Origin: a virus
Strand: one strand, 5' to 3'
Length of the DNA stretch: 64,000 nt
Virus record (IMG/VR): IMGVR_UViG_3300032770_000018
Location: 1-64,000 of that record
Part shown: in pieces, positions 16,109 to 25,885 of the stretch
Numbering within the stretch: position 1 is the stretch's first letter
Layout of the letters: every line of letters begins with the position of its first letter
Made by a program: the position numbers and the translations under genes
The notes under the pieces: generated by a model
Told to the model about the DNA's origin: nothing
What the model saw: the letters and a program-made list of their open reading frames with translations, nothing else
Databases searched by the model: none

Positions 16109-16660
16109 CTACCTCGCGGGCTCCGGCGCGCGTTTGCGCACCCGGATTTCGCAAATCATCCCGGCCTTGAAGGCAGCGGGGTAGAACACGTCGGCCAGCG
16201 CCATCACCGATGGCACCTCCTCCGGGTCGTCTGGGTCGGCGTCAATATAGACCTTGATCTTGTCGCACTGGCGCTCGAAGGACAGTGGCATCTCGCGGTC
16301 GAACACCAGGGAGGTCGCCCGGCGAATCTGTTCGAGCAGGCCGTCCACGTCAAACTGCGGGTCCTGCTGGAACTCCCGCGCCGGCTCGGGCGAACCGACC
16401 AGCCCCTCCTCGAGCAGGATTTGCGCGTCGTAGCCTCCAAGCTGGCCGGCGCGCGCCGCCAGGTACTTGATGGCCTTGATCTGCCGCCCGGATTTTCCGC
16501 AGACAATTTTGAAGTCCGCGCGGTGGGGAATGACAGTGATTGCCACGTCGCTGCCATCCACGGCTTCCAGGATACGGCAGTCCGCCGGGTAGCGGCACAG
16601 GCCAAGAATCAGTGGGGCGATGGCCTTGCTAAGCGGGTGTTTCAGGTCTTCACGTTTCAC
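16109..16660 (-). CDS. KH-domain RNA-binding protein (KhpA-like N-terminal domain)
   Basis: ...ITVIPHRADFKIVCGKSGRQIKAIKYL: GxxG loop in a KhpA-like context. Confidence 0.75.
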   Translation of the reverse strand: MKREDLKHPLSKAIAPLILGLCRYPADCRILEAVDGSDVAITVIPHRADFKIVCGKSGRQIKAIKYLAARAGQLGGYDAQILLEEGLVGSPEPAREFQQDPQFDVDGLLEQIRRATSLVFDREMPLSFERQCDKIKVYIDADPDDPEEVPSVMALADVFYPAAFKAGMICEIRVRKRAPEPAR

Positions 16661-16694
16661 TGTGATAAAGCAATAACCCGGGCGCGCCGGGCTG

Positions 16695-16889
16695 TCAACG
16701 ATTTCTCTTCGCGATGTTGTACCCCTGCACGAACGCGACCCACGCCGTTCCCATAGCCGCCGCCAGACAGCGCTCGCTCATGTAGGTATCGCGCTTGAGG
16801 ACGAGCTTCTGCTTGGCCCACATCTTTTCAAACTCCAGGCGCAGGGCCTCGCTCTGCTCCATGTGATGTTCGAGTTGGATCAGGGTCAT
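16695..16889 (-). CDS. hypothetical protein
   Basis: Coupled to the dnaB stop. Confidence 0.55.
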   Translation of the reverse strand: MTLIQLEHHMEQSEALRLEFEKMWAKQKLVLKRDTYMSERCLAAAMGTAWVAFVQGYNIAKRNR

Positions 16890-18346
16890 TGGGGTTGGTA
16901 GGCGAGATCCGGCTGGGTATCCACCTGGACATCATCGTCGGATATTTTAGCAGCGCTTTCGAAACGCGTGTAGCTCTTGCAAAACACAAGCGGGACCTCT
17001 CCGGTTGGTCCATCCTTCTGCTTGTCGATCAGGAGGTTCACGCGCTGGGTGTAGTCGTTCCCATTATCCGCAGCATCGTCGTCCTGCTCCTTCGGGCGGT
17101 AGAGCAGGCCAACCACGTCGGCATCCTGTTCAACGGCCCCGGACTCCCGCAGGTCGGCCATCCTTGGCTTGCGATTCTTTTCCCGGTCGAGCTCGCGGTT
17201 TAACTGGCTGAGGACGATTATCGGGATGTTCAGTTCCTTTCCGATTGCCTTAACGCCCGAGGAGATGTCGGCGATCTCCTGCTCCCGGGTTTTGGCCCGC
17301 GCGGAGGTAGAATGCAGAAGCTGGAGGTAGTCTATTACCAGGAGCTTTATTCCATGCTGCTGGTGCCACCGCCTGGCCTTGGCGCGCAGTTGCAGGACCG
17401 ATAGCCCTGACTTGTCGTGAACGAAAAGCGGCGCCCGGGACAACCGTCCTGCGGCATCGGTGATGCTCGAAAAATCGCGCTCGGCAATTAACCCCTGATG
17501 AACGTTGCGGATGTTCACCCTGGCCCGGGAACAGACCATCCGCATCATCAAGTTATCCGCAGTGGTCTCCAGCGTAAAGACCCCGACCGGAAGGCGCTGC
17601 TCGACGGCAACGTAATCGGCGATATTGGCCGCCAGTGAGCTTTTCCCCATGCTCGGACGGCCAGCGATGACGATCATGCTGGCCGGCTGCATCCCCCAGA
17701 TGAGGCGGTCCAGATCGACAAATCCCGTAGGAATGCCCCGCAGCTTTCCGCGGTTCTGGTGGCAGTCCTCAATCACAGCGATGGTCCGCTGCACCAGTTT
17801 TCCAACCGGATCGGTTTCACCTACCGACGCCCGAGCCTCAGCCACTCGGAGAACATCGCGCTCCATCTCATCAATCAAAGCGTCCACTTCGCCCTCATAG
17901 TCGTAAATCCTGCTGACTATCCCGGTGCAGGTCTGGATCATCCTTCGGAGCAGGTATTTCTCGTGGATGATGTCCGTGTAGTAGGTGACCATGGCTGGAG
18001 ACGCGGCCAGGTTTGGAAGTTGTGCTAGATACGCAATGCCACCAACCTGGTCCAGGAGGCGTTTATCCTTGAGTTTTTGCTGAAGGGTCACCACGTCAAT
18101 GCCCTCGCGCGCGTCGTACATCTCAACCATGGTCGAATAGATGGACTGATGCCGCAGATCATAGAACACCTCGGGGACTCCTGAAAATGCCCGGATGCAC
18201 TCCCCGATCGTGGAATTTGGGTCCTGTAGGATGCACCCAAGGCAAGCCTCTTCGGCCTCCGAAGAGTGTGGTGGAAGGCGATCGATGCTGGACCCGTTTC
18301 GGGACGCGCTGTTTCGCCGGCCGGATGTAAGGTCTGGGGAAATCAC
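16886..18346 (-). CDS. dnaB: replicative DNA helicase DnaB
   Basis: PPHS.EAE, GRPSMGKS, IDYLQL, LSQLNR, DLRESGAVEQDAD. Confidence 0.97.
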   Translation of the reverse strand: MISPDLTSGRRNSASRNGSSIDRLPPHSSEAEEACLGCILQDPNSTIGECIRAFSGVPEVFYDLRHQSIYSTMVEMYDAREGIDVVTLQQKLKDKRLLDQVGGIAYLAQLPNLAASPAMVTYYTDIIHEKYLLRRMIQTCTGIVSRIYDYEGEVDALIDEMERDVLRVAEARASVGETDPVGKLVQRTIAVIEDCHQNRGKLRGIPTGFVDLDRLIWGMQPASMIVIAGRPSMGKSSLAANIADYVAVEQRLPVGVFTLETTADNLMMRMVCSRARVNIRNVHQGLIAERDFSSITDAAGRLSRAPLFVHDKSGLSVLQLRAKARRWHQQHGIKLLVIDYLQLLHSTSARAKTREQEIADISSGVKAIGKELNIPIIVLSQLNRELDREKNRKPRMADLRESGAVEQDADVVGLLYRPKEQDDDAADNGNDYTQRVNLLIDKQKDGPTGEVPLVFCKSYTRFESAAKISDDDVQVDTQPDLAYQPQ

Positions 18347-19170
18347 GCGGAAACTCCTGCCAGGGCGATCTGGCGGTTAAGGTCATCAGCCCTCAAGCGC
18401 AGAGCTTTAAGCTCTGCCCGTTGGGCTTCGGTGCAACGCGGATTGTAGGCGGTGCTATCGCGGTTGGCCGGGTGAGTTGATATAACCTCGGACACAGACT
18501 TGAGTTGAACCGCCGGGCTCGGCGCGAAACCACTGCCATTACCGTTCAGTTTTTGCTCGAAGATTCCCTGATACCCCTTCTCAATCGAGTTGTTGATCGC
18601 ATCTACCCATCTTTTAGGCCCCCACTCCTTTAGCAACTTTAACTGGAGGCGTGCGGTGGATGGTGTAATCTTCTGACGGCGCTCCCGGCGGTACTTGTTC
18701 CAGTCATCCCACGCGACCCGGCATTCCTCGGTCATCAGCTCAGAGTCCTTGAAAAGCTCTGACGGTTGTACTGACGGATCTATGACGGGTACTGACGGAT
18801 CGGGTGACCCTGAGTGTACACGCCGGTCACCCCTCTCTGCCTCCAGGGTCACCCCTCCATTACCACGCCGGTCACCCCTCTCCGTTGACAGGTGACCTAC
18901 AGTCACCCGTGGGGTTAGCCTGTAAAGGTTAGTTGTTCCAGGCAGCCCTCCGCCACGCCTGACGCTCACCTTTCCGGACTTTGTCAGCCGAATGATTATA
19001 CGCTGAACCCCGCGGTCGGACATCCTGGCTTTTAGGGCAATGCTATCTATGCTTGGCCAAGCCTCTCCGGAGTCATTACAGAAGTCTGCAAGTGCCAGCA
19101 TTACAAGAAGTTCAGGCTGCTTAGATATAGAGGCGTCATCCCACACCTGGGACATTATTCGGATGCTCAT
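18343..19170 (-). CDS. phage replication initiator (N-terminal wHTH)
   Basis: LLVMLALADFCND.GEAWPSIDSIA; C-terminal W..YR..R..K...SI..GYQGIF; upstream of dnaB. Confidence 0.85.
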   Translation of the reverse strand: MSIRIMSQVWDDASISKQPELLVMLALADFCNDSGEAWPSIDSIALKARMSDRGVQRIIIRLTKSGKVSVRRGGGLPGTTNLYRLTPRVTVGHLSTERGDRRGNGGVTLEAERGDRRVHSGSPDPSVPVIDPSVQPSELFKDSELMTEECRVAWDDWNKYRRERRQKITPSTARLQLKLLKEWGPKRWVDAINNSIEKGYQGIFEQKLNGNGSGFAPSPAVQLKSVSEVISTHPANRDSTAYNPRCTEAQRAELKALRLRADDLNRQIALAGVSA

Positions 19171-19380
19171 GGGTTTTGAATTTGAACGTTCTGTGCTGCC
19201 TCCGGCAGATGTGACTCCGGACAGTTCGGCGGGACCGAAAAGGCCAGAAGCAGCACGGAATTTTCGTTATATCCGAAGTCACGAGACCGGTTCTACACCC
19301 CAGCTCGCGACCCGTGCAAGGGTTTTCTGAAAAAACTTCACGATTGACACGAAGCCCGGTCGGTAGGACAACGGGGCGAT

Positions 19381-19584
19381 ATGGCAGCAGCGAATTGGAT
19401 CTCTGGAGCAGTGAAAAATCGAGGAGCACTCCACCGGGAACTCGGCATCCCTCAGGGCCAAAAAATACCGGCGTCCAAGCTGGCGAGCGCCGCGGCCAAG
19501 GGAGGAAAGCTTGGCCGGCGGGCACGCCTGGCTCAGACGCTCGGGAAGTTAAGGCGCAAGGGCTCACTGCGGGCGAAGCGGTAG
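19381..19584 (+). CDS. small basic phage protein (WIxGA..GALHxxLG..GxKIP..RARLAQTL family)
   Basis: Recognisable family motif; TTGACA promoter upstream; antisense to neighbours. Confidence 0.8.
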   Translation: MAAANWISGAVKNRGALHRELGIPQGQKIPASKLASAAAKGGKLGRRARLAQTLGKLRRKGSLRAKR

Positions 19585-19585
19585 C

Positions 19586-19900
19586 CTATTCGGGATCGTC
19601 CTCGATTTCGGTCTTCACTTTGAGCTTCTCGCTGGTCTCGAACTCGACCGAACGATGGGCGGTGACCTTTTCGGTCTTGCCGTCCTCCTCGCCCTCTGCT
19701 GGGACCTCGATCTCCACGTCGTAGGTGTAACCGCTCTGCTTGTGCTTCTGGAGGAGTTCCAAAAGCGCTTTCTTGGCCGCGATCTCCGTCTTTCCCCAGG
19801 CCATTCGGCTGTCACGCGCAGCCACGTAATTCTCGGCCGCCGTTTCGATCTCTTTGATTCTCGCCGGCCCGGTTCCGGGCAGGCTGTCTTGTTTTGCCAT
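19586..19900 (-). CDS. hypothetical protein
   Basis: Good ORF in the replication operon. Confidence 0.7.
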   Translation of the reverse strand: MAKQDSLPGTGPARIKEIETAAENYVAARDSRMAWGKTEIAAKKALLELLQKHKQSGYTYDVEIEVPAEGEEDGKTEKVTAHRSVEFETSEKLKVKTEIEDDPE

Positions 19901-19938
19901 GATGTTCTTTCTGTGTTTTTGGTTAACCGTCGTGGAAA

Positions 19939-20919
19939 CTATTCGCCGTAGAGCATCAGCCGCTCAGGCGGTTCGGTGATGGTGAAGCCGTCAATAACCT
20001 TCTGCCCCTCGTCGTCCCAGGAAGGGAACACCCCGGACCTGAGGCATCGGCAGTAAAGCCGCAGGGCCATAACACACTTCTCCCGGCCGCGTCGCATGAA
20101 CTCCGCCGAGATGTGGCGCCGCGCTGGCTGGTAGGGGGCGACGTTTTCCTGGATGATGTGCCGGAAGTCCGTCCGGTCTTCGCCGGTGGCCAGCGTGTAA
20201 ACGTCCATGTTCATTGCCGCCTGCCAGTCGTAATTCCGCTTGTGGACCACCCAGCGCCAGCCGTCCGGGTCGGCCTCGCGCGCGGTTTTGAAATCGCCAA
20301 GGCACTTTCCGAACAGCGGGTGGGCCTTGTCGCAGACGAGATCGGTCAGCGTTTTTACCGGGATGACCAGACCGGTCTCGGGGTCCTTGTACTCCGCCAC
20401 ACACATGACCTGGAAAGCCGAGCACTTGATGAACGGCCCGCAGACCGGGTCCTTCATCAGGCGAGCGACGGCAGAGGTGGCCTCGAGCATCATCTCAGCG
20501 TCAACGACAGTCAGTCCGTCGGACTCCTGCTCAGCCTTCCAGTCCTTGCACTCCTTGCACTGGGGGTTCCATGGCACCTGCTCGCCAGCAACAGCCTTAC
20601 CCTCTTTGACGATGCTCATGGTTTTTGTCGCCGTACAGGTCTCCGGGGGAATGGCGTAGCGCTGGTCGAAGCGGCCGCGGTCGGTTACTAGGCAGTCAAT
20701 GAGGCTACCCCACTCGGTAGCGTCCGTGTCCTTGGGCTTGTAGCCAGCCAGCCAGTTCTGCGGGTTGCGCGTGAAAAGGCCAAGCTCGGAGCGTGTCATC
20801 GCGCGGCCGGGATGACCGCGCGGGAACGCCGGATCATCCAGGTGGTAGGCATCGGCGTCGACGTTGGCCCCGACCAGTTTGGCATTAGAGAACGGGTTTT
20901 TGAATTCGGGTAGTTCCAT
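19939..20919 (-). CDS. PD-(D/E)XK exonuclease (RecE/ExoVIII, DUF3799-like)
   Basis: ATEWGSLID, KTLTD, GDFKT, YDWQAAM.D. Confidence 0.85.
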   Translation of the reverse strand: MELPEFKNPFSNAKLVGANVDADAYHLDDPAFPRGHPGRAMTRSELGLFTRNPQNWLAGYKPKDTDATEWGSLIDCLVTDRGRFDQRYAIPPETCTATKTMSIVKEGKAVAGEQVPWNPQCKECKDWKAEQESDGLTVVDAEMMLEATSAVARLMKDPVCGPFIKCSAFQVMCVAEYKDPETGLVIPVKTLTDLVCDKAHPLFGKCLGDFKTAREADPDGWRWVVHKRNYDWQAAMNMDVYTLATGEDRTDFRHIIQENVAPYQPARRHISAEFMRRGREKCVMALRLYCRCLRSGVFPSWDDEGQKVIDGFTITEPPERLMLYGE

Positions 20920-20922
20920 AGG

Positions 20923-22350
20923 TCAGGGAGTAATGCCGAGTTCATCCTGGGCCCCGGGATTCGGGTCCTTGGCAGCCGCTGCCGGCTGCGGGTTTTCAAC
21001 TGACTCCGGCGGCGCACTCCCCACCACGTAGCCGTCCTCGATGATGACCGTCGGCTCGACATCCCGGGCGATGCGCTCGACCCAAATCTGGCAATCGGCC
21101 TTATCGGCGATTTCGGCCAGGAGTTTCATCCCGTCGGCGTCCACGTCGTTGCCGGCGCGGATGAGGCAGACCATGAGCTTGGGGTTTAGGGCGATAGCGA
21201 TTGAAACAGAGACAACGAGCTGCTCGCGCGTGCTGGCCTGGTCGAAGGGCAGGCCGTTGAGCAGCACCTCACCGGTTTCCTCGCCGATGGAAAGCCCTGG
21301 CACCGGGTATTTCGCCTCCTGGATGGCCGTCCGCTTCTTCGCGTCGAAATCCTCGAGCTTGCGGGTGAGCGCGTCGGCCTCTTTGGTCTTGGCCACAACT
21401 TTAGTCTTCAGGTCGGCGTGGGTCTTATTCGCCCGGACTTTCTCGTTGGTGATTTCAACTTCAAAAGCCTTCTGCTTGAAGGGCGCGAGGTCCACGTCCA
21501 CCAGATTCGCAACCGAAAGCTCAAGCCGTTTATGCTCCTCGAGCTTCTCAGTGTGGGATTTGGAGAGATTGTCGAGCGTGCGTTTCTGCGAAGCCAGTTC
21601 ATCCTGCAGGCGCTTAATCTCCTGCTCGGTTTCTGCGATCTTGCCCTGCTGGTAAGCCTTTGAGGCGGCAATGCGCGAGGCACTTTCGGCGGCGTTGTTG
21701 GCGGCCGTGCGGGCGGCAGCGTTCTGCGCGTTGGTCGCCGCCGCGGCCTCCTGCTGGGCGATGATGTCGGCGGCCGAGGTCTCGGTCTCCGGTGCGCCAG
21801 CGTAATGCGGAGCAGCCGATAGTTGGGCCTGAAGGCTGGCCAGGTCGCGATTGACCGCCGTGCGCTCGTTGAAGACCTTCTGGCGATCCTGGTCGTGGGC
21901 GGCAAAATCCAACCCGAGGATCTGCCGAAGGGTATCCCCACGCTTTTTGCTCTTGGCCTCATCCGAGATCGCCCCGGGGGGATTAACGAATTCGAGCGGG
22001 TCAAAGCTAAGGTTGCCGCAAAGACCGTCCAGGACAGCCTGGGGAGATTGGTATTTGTCGCCGTCCTTGGGTTTGACCACCAGTTGCATCCCGCCGGCGG
22101 CGGTGAACGTGCGTTTGACGGTGAAGTCGCCCAAGTCGAGCGTGCCCCCACCCTTTTGGTGGCCGCGGGTGACTGGCTTGGAGGGAATAGACTTTCCTCC
22201 GCGCAGAGCGGCCTCGACAAAGTCCAGAATGGACGATTTGCCGGCACCGTTCTTGCCGGAGATGATGACGAGGTTCCCATCCGGGGTGATCTCGACAAAG
22301 TTGACGCGCTTGAAATGCTCCATCTGGAGCCCGAGAATTTTTGTTGCCAT
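20923..22350 (-). CDS. SMC/Rad50-like ATPase with coiled coil
   Basis: HFKRV, GKNGAGKSS, long coiled coil, QASTREQ signature. Confidence 0.85.
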   Translation of the reverse strand: MATKILGLQMEHFKRVNFVEITPDGNLVIISGKNGAGKSSILDFVEAALRGGKSIPSKPVTRGHQKGGGTLDLGDFTVKRTFTAAGGMQLVVKPKDGDKYQSPQAVLDGLCGNLSFDPLEFVNPPGAISDEAKSKKRGDTLRQILGLDFAAHDQDRQKVFNERTAVNRDLASLQAQLSAAPHYAGAPETETSAADIIAQQEAAAATNAQNAAARTAANNAAESASRIAASKAYQQGKIAETEQEIKRLQDELASQKRTLDNLSKSHTEKLEEHKRLELSVANLVDVDLAPFKQKAFEVEITNEKVRANKTHADLKTKVVAKTKEADALTRKLEDFDAKKRTAIQEAKYPVPGLSIGEETGEVLLNGLPFDQASTREQLVVSVSIAIALNPKLMVCLIRAGNDVDADGMKLLAEIADKADCQIWVERIARDVEPTVIIEDGYVVGSAPPESVENPQPAAAAKDPNPGAQDELGITP

Positions 22351-22383
22351 AAGAGGAAGGAGACGAAGGTTCAGGGACTGGGT

Positions 22384-22668
22384 TTAGTTCGGAGACGGCG
22401 CGCCAGGCGTCGGCGCCGGAGTCGCGCTCCTCGATCCACGCCGCTTTGTACCGCCATTGATGCTGCGGGCCTTGGGTTTGCTGTTGGGCTTCGTGGTGAG
22501 GATGTCGACGATGGCCTCCTTGTGGTTGATGACGGCTGCGACCGCGTTGTCTACGTCCGTCATGGCCGCCGAAGAGAAGATTCCCTTGAGTTCGTGCTTC
22601 TGTGCTTCCTCCAAACTCGCGTGAGTTTGTCCGTCCCCTGTTACGAATGCCTTTGTGAATGCGATCAT
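22384..22668 (-). CDS. hypothetical protein
   Basis: TxDGxTHxSLEEAQKHE motif; coupled. Confidence 0.7.
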   Translation of the reverse strand: MIAFTKAFVTGDGQTHASLEEAQKHELKGIFSSAAMTDVDNAVAAVINHKEAIVDILTTKPNSKPKARSINGGTKRRGSRSATPAPTPGAPSPN

Positions 22669-23696
22669 GTTGCTGCCTTTTGTTGAATTTTCTCGTTAAG
22701 TTTGGCGATCACCTGTTTTAACCGCTCGACACCGAGATCGCCAAGTATTTCGGTGTCGGAAATGTAGTTTTCGTCGAGGAGGAACTGGTTGACCTTCGGC
22801 ATGACCGCCGCGCGGTCGGTCTTGCTGGCGTCCGCCGGCAGGTTGTGGATCGCGTGAATCAGCGGGTGGGCCCATATGGCCTTGGCCAGCTCGCCGCGTT
22901 CGGTCTTCGACGGTCCGGCCGCCGGAACATTCGCCGGCGCGCCCGAGGATTTAGACCCGCACCAGGCCGCAATCTTCTGCCCGTGCTCATAGGTGAGCTG
23001 CGTCTTCTCGTCGGGCAGGCAATGGAAAAGATCCTCGTGGGTGATTTTGGTGACGTGGCAGAAGCCGCCCTTGCCGTCTTTGGCGAAAACCTCAACGTTT
23101 ATGAGCATCTCGAAGATGAACCGCGGGTCAGCAATCGGCGTGGTGAACTCGTCGGTAACCACTTCCATGCCACGCTGACCCTTTACCATGTGGGTTTTTT
23201 CCTGGGCGCGGAGGCAGCAGATGACGGGCAGTGGGCAGCGAAGCAGGTATTGGACGAAAAACTTATGCTCCTGCTTGGGCTTTATCCAGGCGGCCATCTT
23301 GCATTTCTCGCGCTTGCCCCAATCGTCGCCGGCCATGCGGTGGAGTTCAGCCTCCTGCATATCCAGCACGCCGCCCTCGCCGTCCCACTCGTGGGTCATC
23401 GAGTCAACGACCACGATGTCGGAATCCTTGGCCGCCAGTTCGACAGCCGCTTTGTAGCGCGCGGGCGAGAACGGAGCGTCGAAGTTGAGCACGCGGTAGC
23501 CGCCTGGGATGACATCGGCAAAAATACTCCCACGTCGGTTTTCGGTGTCGATGAGGGTGATTTTTCCAGCGGGACCGACGATGCCGCGCGCCAAGATGAG
23601 AGCCGATCGGGTTTTGCCGCCGCCGCTTTTGCCGTAGGTGCCGATGAGGGGTTTAACCACGCCGCGCGTGGCCGTTTCAACGGTGAAGTCAGCCAT
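22665..23696 (-). CDS. AAA_24 / Sak4-like ATPase (single-strand annealing recombinase)
   Basis: GKSGGGKT, IDTE, VVDSMTHEWDGEGG. Confidence 0.85.
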   Translation of the reverse strand: MADFTVETATRGVVKPLIGTYGKSGGGKTRSALILARGIVGPAGKITLIDTENRRGSIFADVIPGGYRVLNFDAPFSPARYKAAVELAAKDSDIVVVDSMTHEWDGEGGVLDMQEAELHRMAGDDWGKREKCKMAAWIKPKQEHKFFVQYLLRCPLPVICCLRAQEKTHMVKGQRGMEVVTDEFTTPIADPRFIFEMLINVEVFAKDGKGGFCHVTKITHEDLFHCLPDEKTQLTYEHGQKIAAWCGSKSSGAPANVPAAGPSKTERGELAKAIWAHPLIHAIHNLPADASKTDRAAVMPKVNQFLLDENYISDTEILGDLGVERLKQVIAKLNEKIQQKAAT

Positions 23697-23833
23697 AAGA
23701 GGAATTTAATGGGATAGAATCAGTTTCAAATTTCACAGTTCACTGTAAAGCGTTTTAACCCATGACGCGCGAAGGCGCAAGCGAAATTTTGCGGCTTGCT
23801 CGGCGCCGGCCGTTTCGGTAATCGGAGGGTCGC

Positions 23834-24916
23834 TTGAAGACCTCAACGCTCTGGGTGGTTCGCGGCCGGGAGCCCGTGCTTTGGACAATTCCGGTGTTTG
23901 TCGAGTGGCACGACAAGACGGCGATCATCCGGCCGGCGGTGGTGCTCAACGGGATGCAGGGCCACGCGCTGCTGGCGACGGTCAACAAATGGGGAAAGAT
24001 CGAGGACGGCAACTACATCATTCGCGAGTCGGCGCTCCGGCAGTGCGCGGAGGAGATCCCGCCGGAGGAAAACGCGGAGATGCACTTTTCCTGGGAGCGC
24101 GTCCGGGCGCCCCAGCGCACGCGCTACAACGCACCAGAGGACCAGGAACGCCGCGAATTCCTGGATGAACTGCACCTTTCGGGCGCCTGGCGGCCGTTCT
24201 GCTCCCGGCGCGAGGAGGTCGACTACGTGTTTCACGCGCTGTGCCGGTTCATGCTGGATTGGCTGGTAAACCAGGAGAAACCGGTGGACCTGCACTTCGC
24301 CAAACTGCACAACTGGCCCTGGCGCCAGAACTTCGCCGACGCGATCTACCGGCGCGAGAAGGCGTACGACCTGCGGCCGAGGGAATTGATGCGCAAGTAC
24401 GGCCCCCAGGAGGCCTGTGAGATTGAGGTCAACGCCCGGCTGCGGCACGCAATGCTGACCGGCCCGTTTTTCAGGATGATCGACGGAGACGTGATGGGAA
24501 GAGCCCTCTTTATCGAACCAACGCGGGCCTGGCACTCGCTGATTAAACGGATTGAACGGACCCGGTTCGAGGTGCTAAAGGAACAGGCGTATGCGGACCA
24601 GTTTATCCTCTCAGCCTCCCGGCAATGGCCCAGAGTGGCAAGATTCCTGGCTTCCTGGCTGGCGTCTAGCCTTCAATCATCGCCGATCCTTCTGGAAAGC
24701 GCTTCGAGTGGCTATCACCGGTTCGTTTCGAGGGCTCTCCTTCGGTCTGGCGATAAGGCGCTCATTAAACGCCTCTTTGTCACTATGCGCCTTGCTGGTT
24801 TTAAGAGCCCGGACTCGCGCAGATCCAAAAAGACCGTCGTACGCGCAAAGGCTCGAGCGATGCCGCCAGTGCCCCATGTTCAACCCGGAACTCCAGACCT
24901 GCGGAACGGCGCGTGA
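23834..24916 (+). CDS. hypothetical protein
   Basis: 360-codon ORF, first of the plus-strand arm. Confidence 0.65.
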   Translation: MKTSTLWVVRGREPVLWTIPVFVEWHDKTAIIRPAVVLNGMQGHALLATVNKWGKIEDGNYIIRESALRQCAEEIPPEENAEMHFSWERVRAPQRTRYNAPEDQERREFLDELHLSGAWRPFCSRREEVDYVFHALCRFMLDWLVNQEKPVDLHFAKLHNWPWRQNFADAIYRREKAYDLRPRELMRKYGPQEACEIEVNARLRHAMLTGPFFRMIDGDVMGRALFIEPTRAWHSLIKRIERTRFEVLKEQAYADQFILSASRQWPRVARFLASWLASSLQSSPILLESASSGYHRFVSRALLRSGDKALIKRLFVTMRLAGFKSPDSRRSKKTVVRAKARAMPPVPHVQPGTPDLRNGA

Positions 24917-25076
24917 GACCTTCTTTAGCCCCAGTGCCAGGCAGGTGCTACCGCTCGGCTGCTGGTGCTATATGCCGATCAAGGCGGCTCTGCGGTGCAA
25001 CTGCTGGTTGTATGACGTGAGCGCTGGTCAGGCGGGCTGGCCGCCGGAACTGAACGACTACCCACATGAGTTCTGA
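24591..25076 (+). CDS. Cys-rich protein overlapping the upstream gene
   Basis: RLERCRQCP...CG...GCWCYMPIKA...CW. Confidence 0.65.
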   Translation: MRTSLSSQPPGNGPEWQDSWLPGWRLAFNHRRSFWKALRVAITGSFRGLSFGLAIRRSLNASLSLCALLVLRARTRADPKRPSYAQRLERCRQCPMFNPELQTCGTARETFFSPSARQVLPLGCWCYMPIKAALRCNCWLYDVSAGQAGWPPELNDYPHEF

Positions 25077-25608
25077 AATTGTAAAAGTCGCCAACGGACA
25101 TCAGGTCCAGGTCGAGGTTGACCTGGAAGAGCCGGCAATGAGCGATGATCTGCTGGTCGAGACCCTCAAACGCTGCGGCTGCGCCACCTTCGGACCAACG
25201 AGGATAAAGGACCTGGCCAGAATCGGCGTCCATCTGCGGGGCGTTGGGGTGACGAAGATCCAGCGTGGCGCCGTGATGGTGGATCTCGGGAAAGTGGATG
25301 AGGTGATCGACGTGGTCCGTGGGATGTTGGGCGCCAGGGTGGAAAAGTCGGGGAAGGGGACAATCCGCGACCTGGCGGTGCTGACATCCGCTTTTGGGAT
25401 GCTGATGAAGACCAAAACGGATGTCCAACGATTGGCCCTTGAGGTCGAGCAGGCGGCGTCGCCGGGCAAGACCATCGAGGAACCGCCCGGGCCGGCCCAG
25501 AACTTCGCGCCGGGCAAGCGAATATCCCCCCGCGGCGGCGGCAACCAGACCTTGGTGCTGGCCCATAACGCCAACGTTTACCCAGACGGCAAGCCAGGGA
25601 AGCCTTAG
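25066..25608 (+). CDS. hypothetical protein (possible terminase small subunit)
   Basis: Helical with disordered tail; no TerS found next to TerL; assignment speculative. Confidence 0.35.
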   Translation: MSSEIVKVANGHQVQVEVDLEEPAMSDDLLVETLKRCGCATFGPTRIKDLARIGVHLRGVGVTKIQRGAVMVDLGKVDEVIDVVRGMLGARVEKSGKGTIRDLAVLTSAFGMLMKTKTDVQRLALEVEQAASPGKTIEEPPGPAQNFAPGKRISPRGGGNQTLVLAHNANVYPDGKPGKP

Positions 25609-25651
25609 AAAACCGTTGCAGGCAAAAAAGAGGTGTGCGTAATGTGCGCCC

Positions 25652-25885
25652 ATGAATGGCGATGGATACGCACCAAATTACACGGTTCCAAACTTCAGCC
25701 ACCCAGAGCCCAGTAACGTTGGCGTCGTTAGCGCCGGCAGCGGCCTTGAGCAGGGCGCGTACGGAGGGATCGCTCCGACCGACACGCCAAGCGGCCCGAC
25801 TGAGCGGGTGGACACCGACACCGGCAAGGTCTGGTACTTCGTTGACGGCGAATGGGTCTTCAGCGGCATCACTCTCAGCCTATGA
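25652..25885 (+). CDS. small fibre-adaptor-like protein
   Basis: YGG..P..TP...DTDTGKVWYF.DGEW, similar to an internal domain of 51741; leaderless promoter. Confidence 0.65.
   Translation: MNGDGYAPNYTVPNFSHPEPSNVGVVSAGSGLEQGAYGGIAPTDTPSGPTERVDTDTGKVWYFVDGEWVFSGITLSL

Noticed and set aside
21408-22298. 296-codon alternative-frame ORF inside the SMC-like gene
   Set aside because: R/P/S-rich low-complexity translation typical of a GC-rich off-frame, unlike the RusA and MTase cases that carry family motifs
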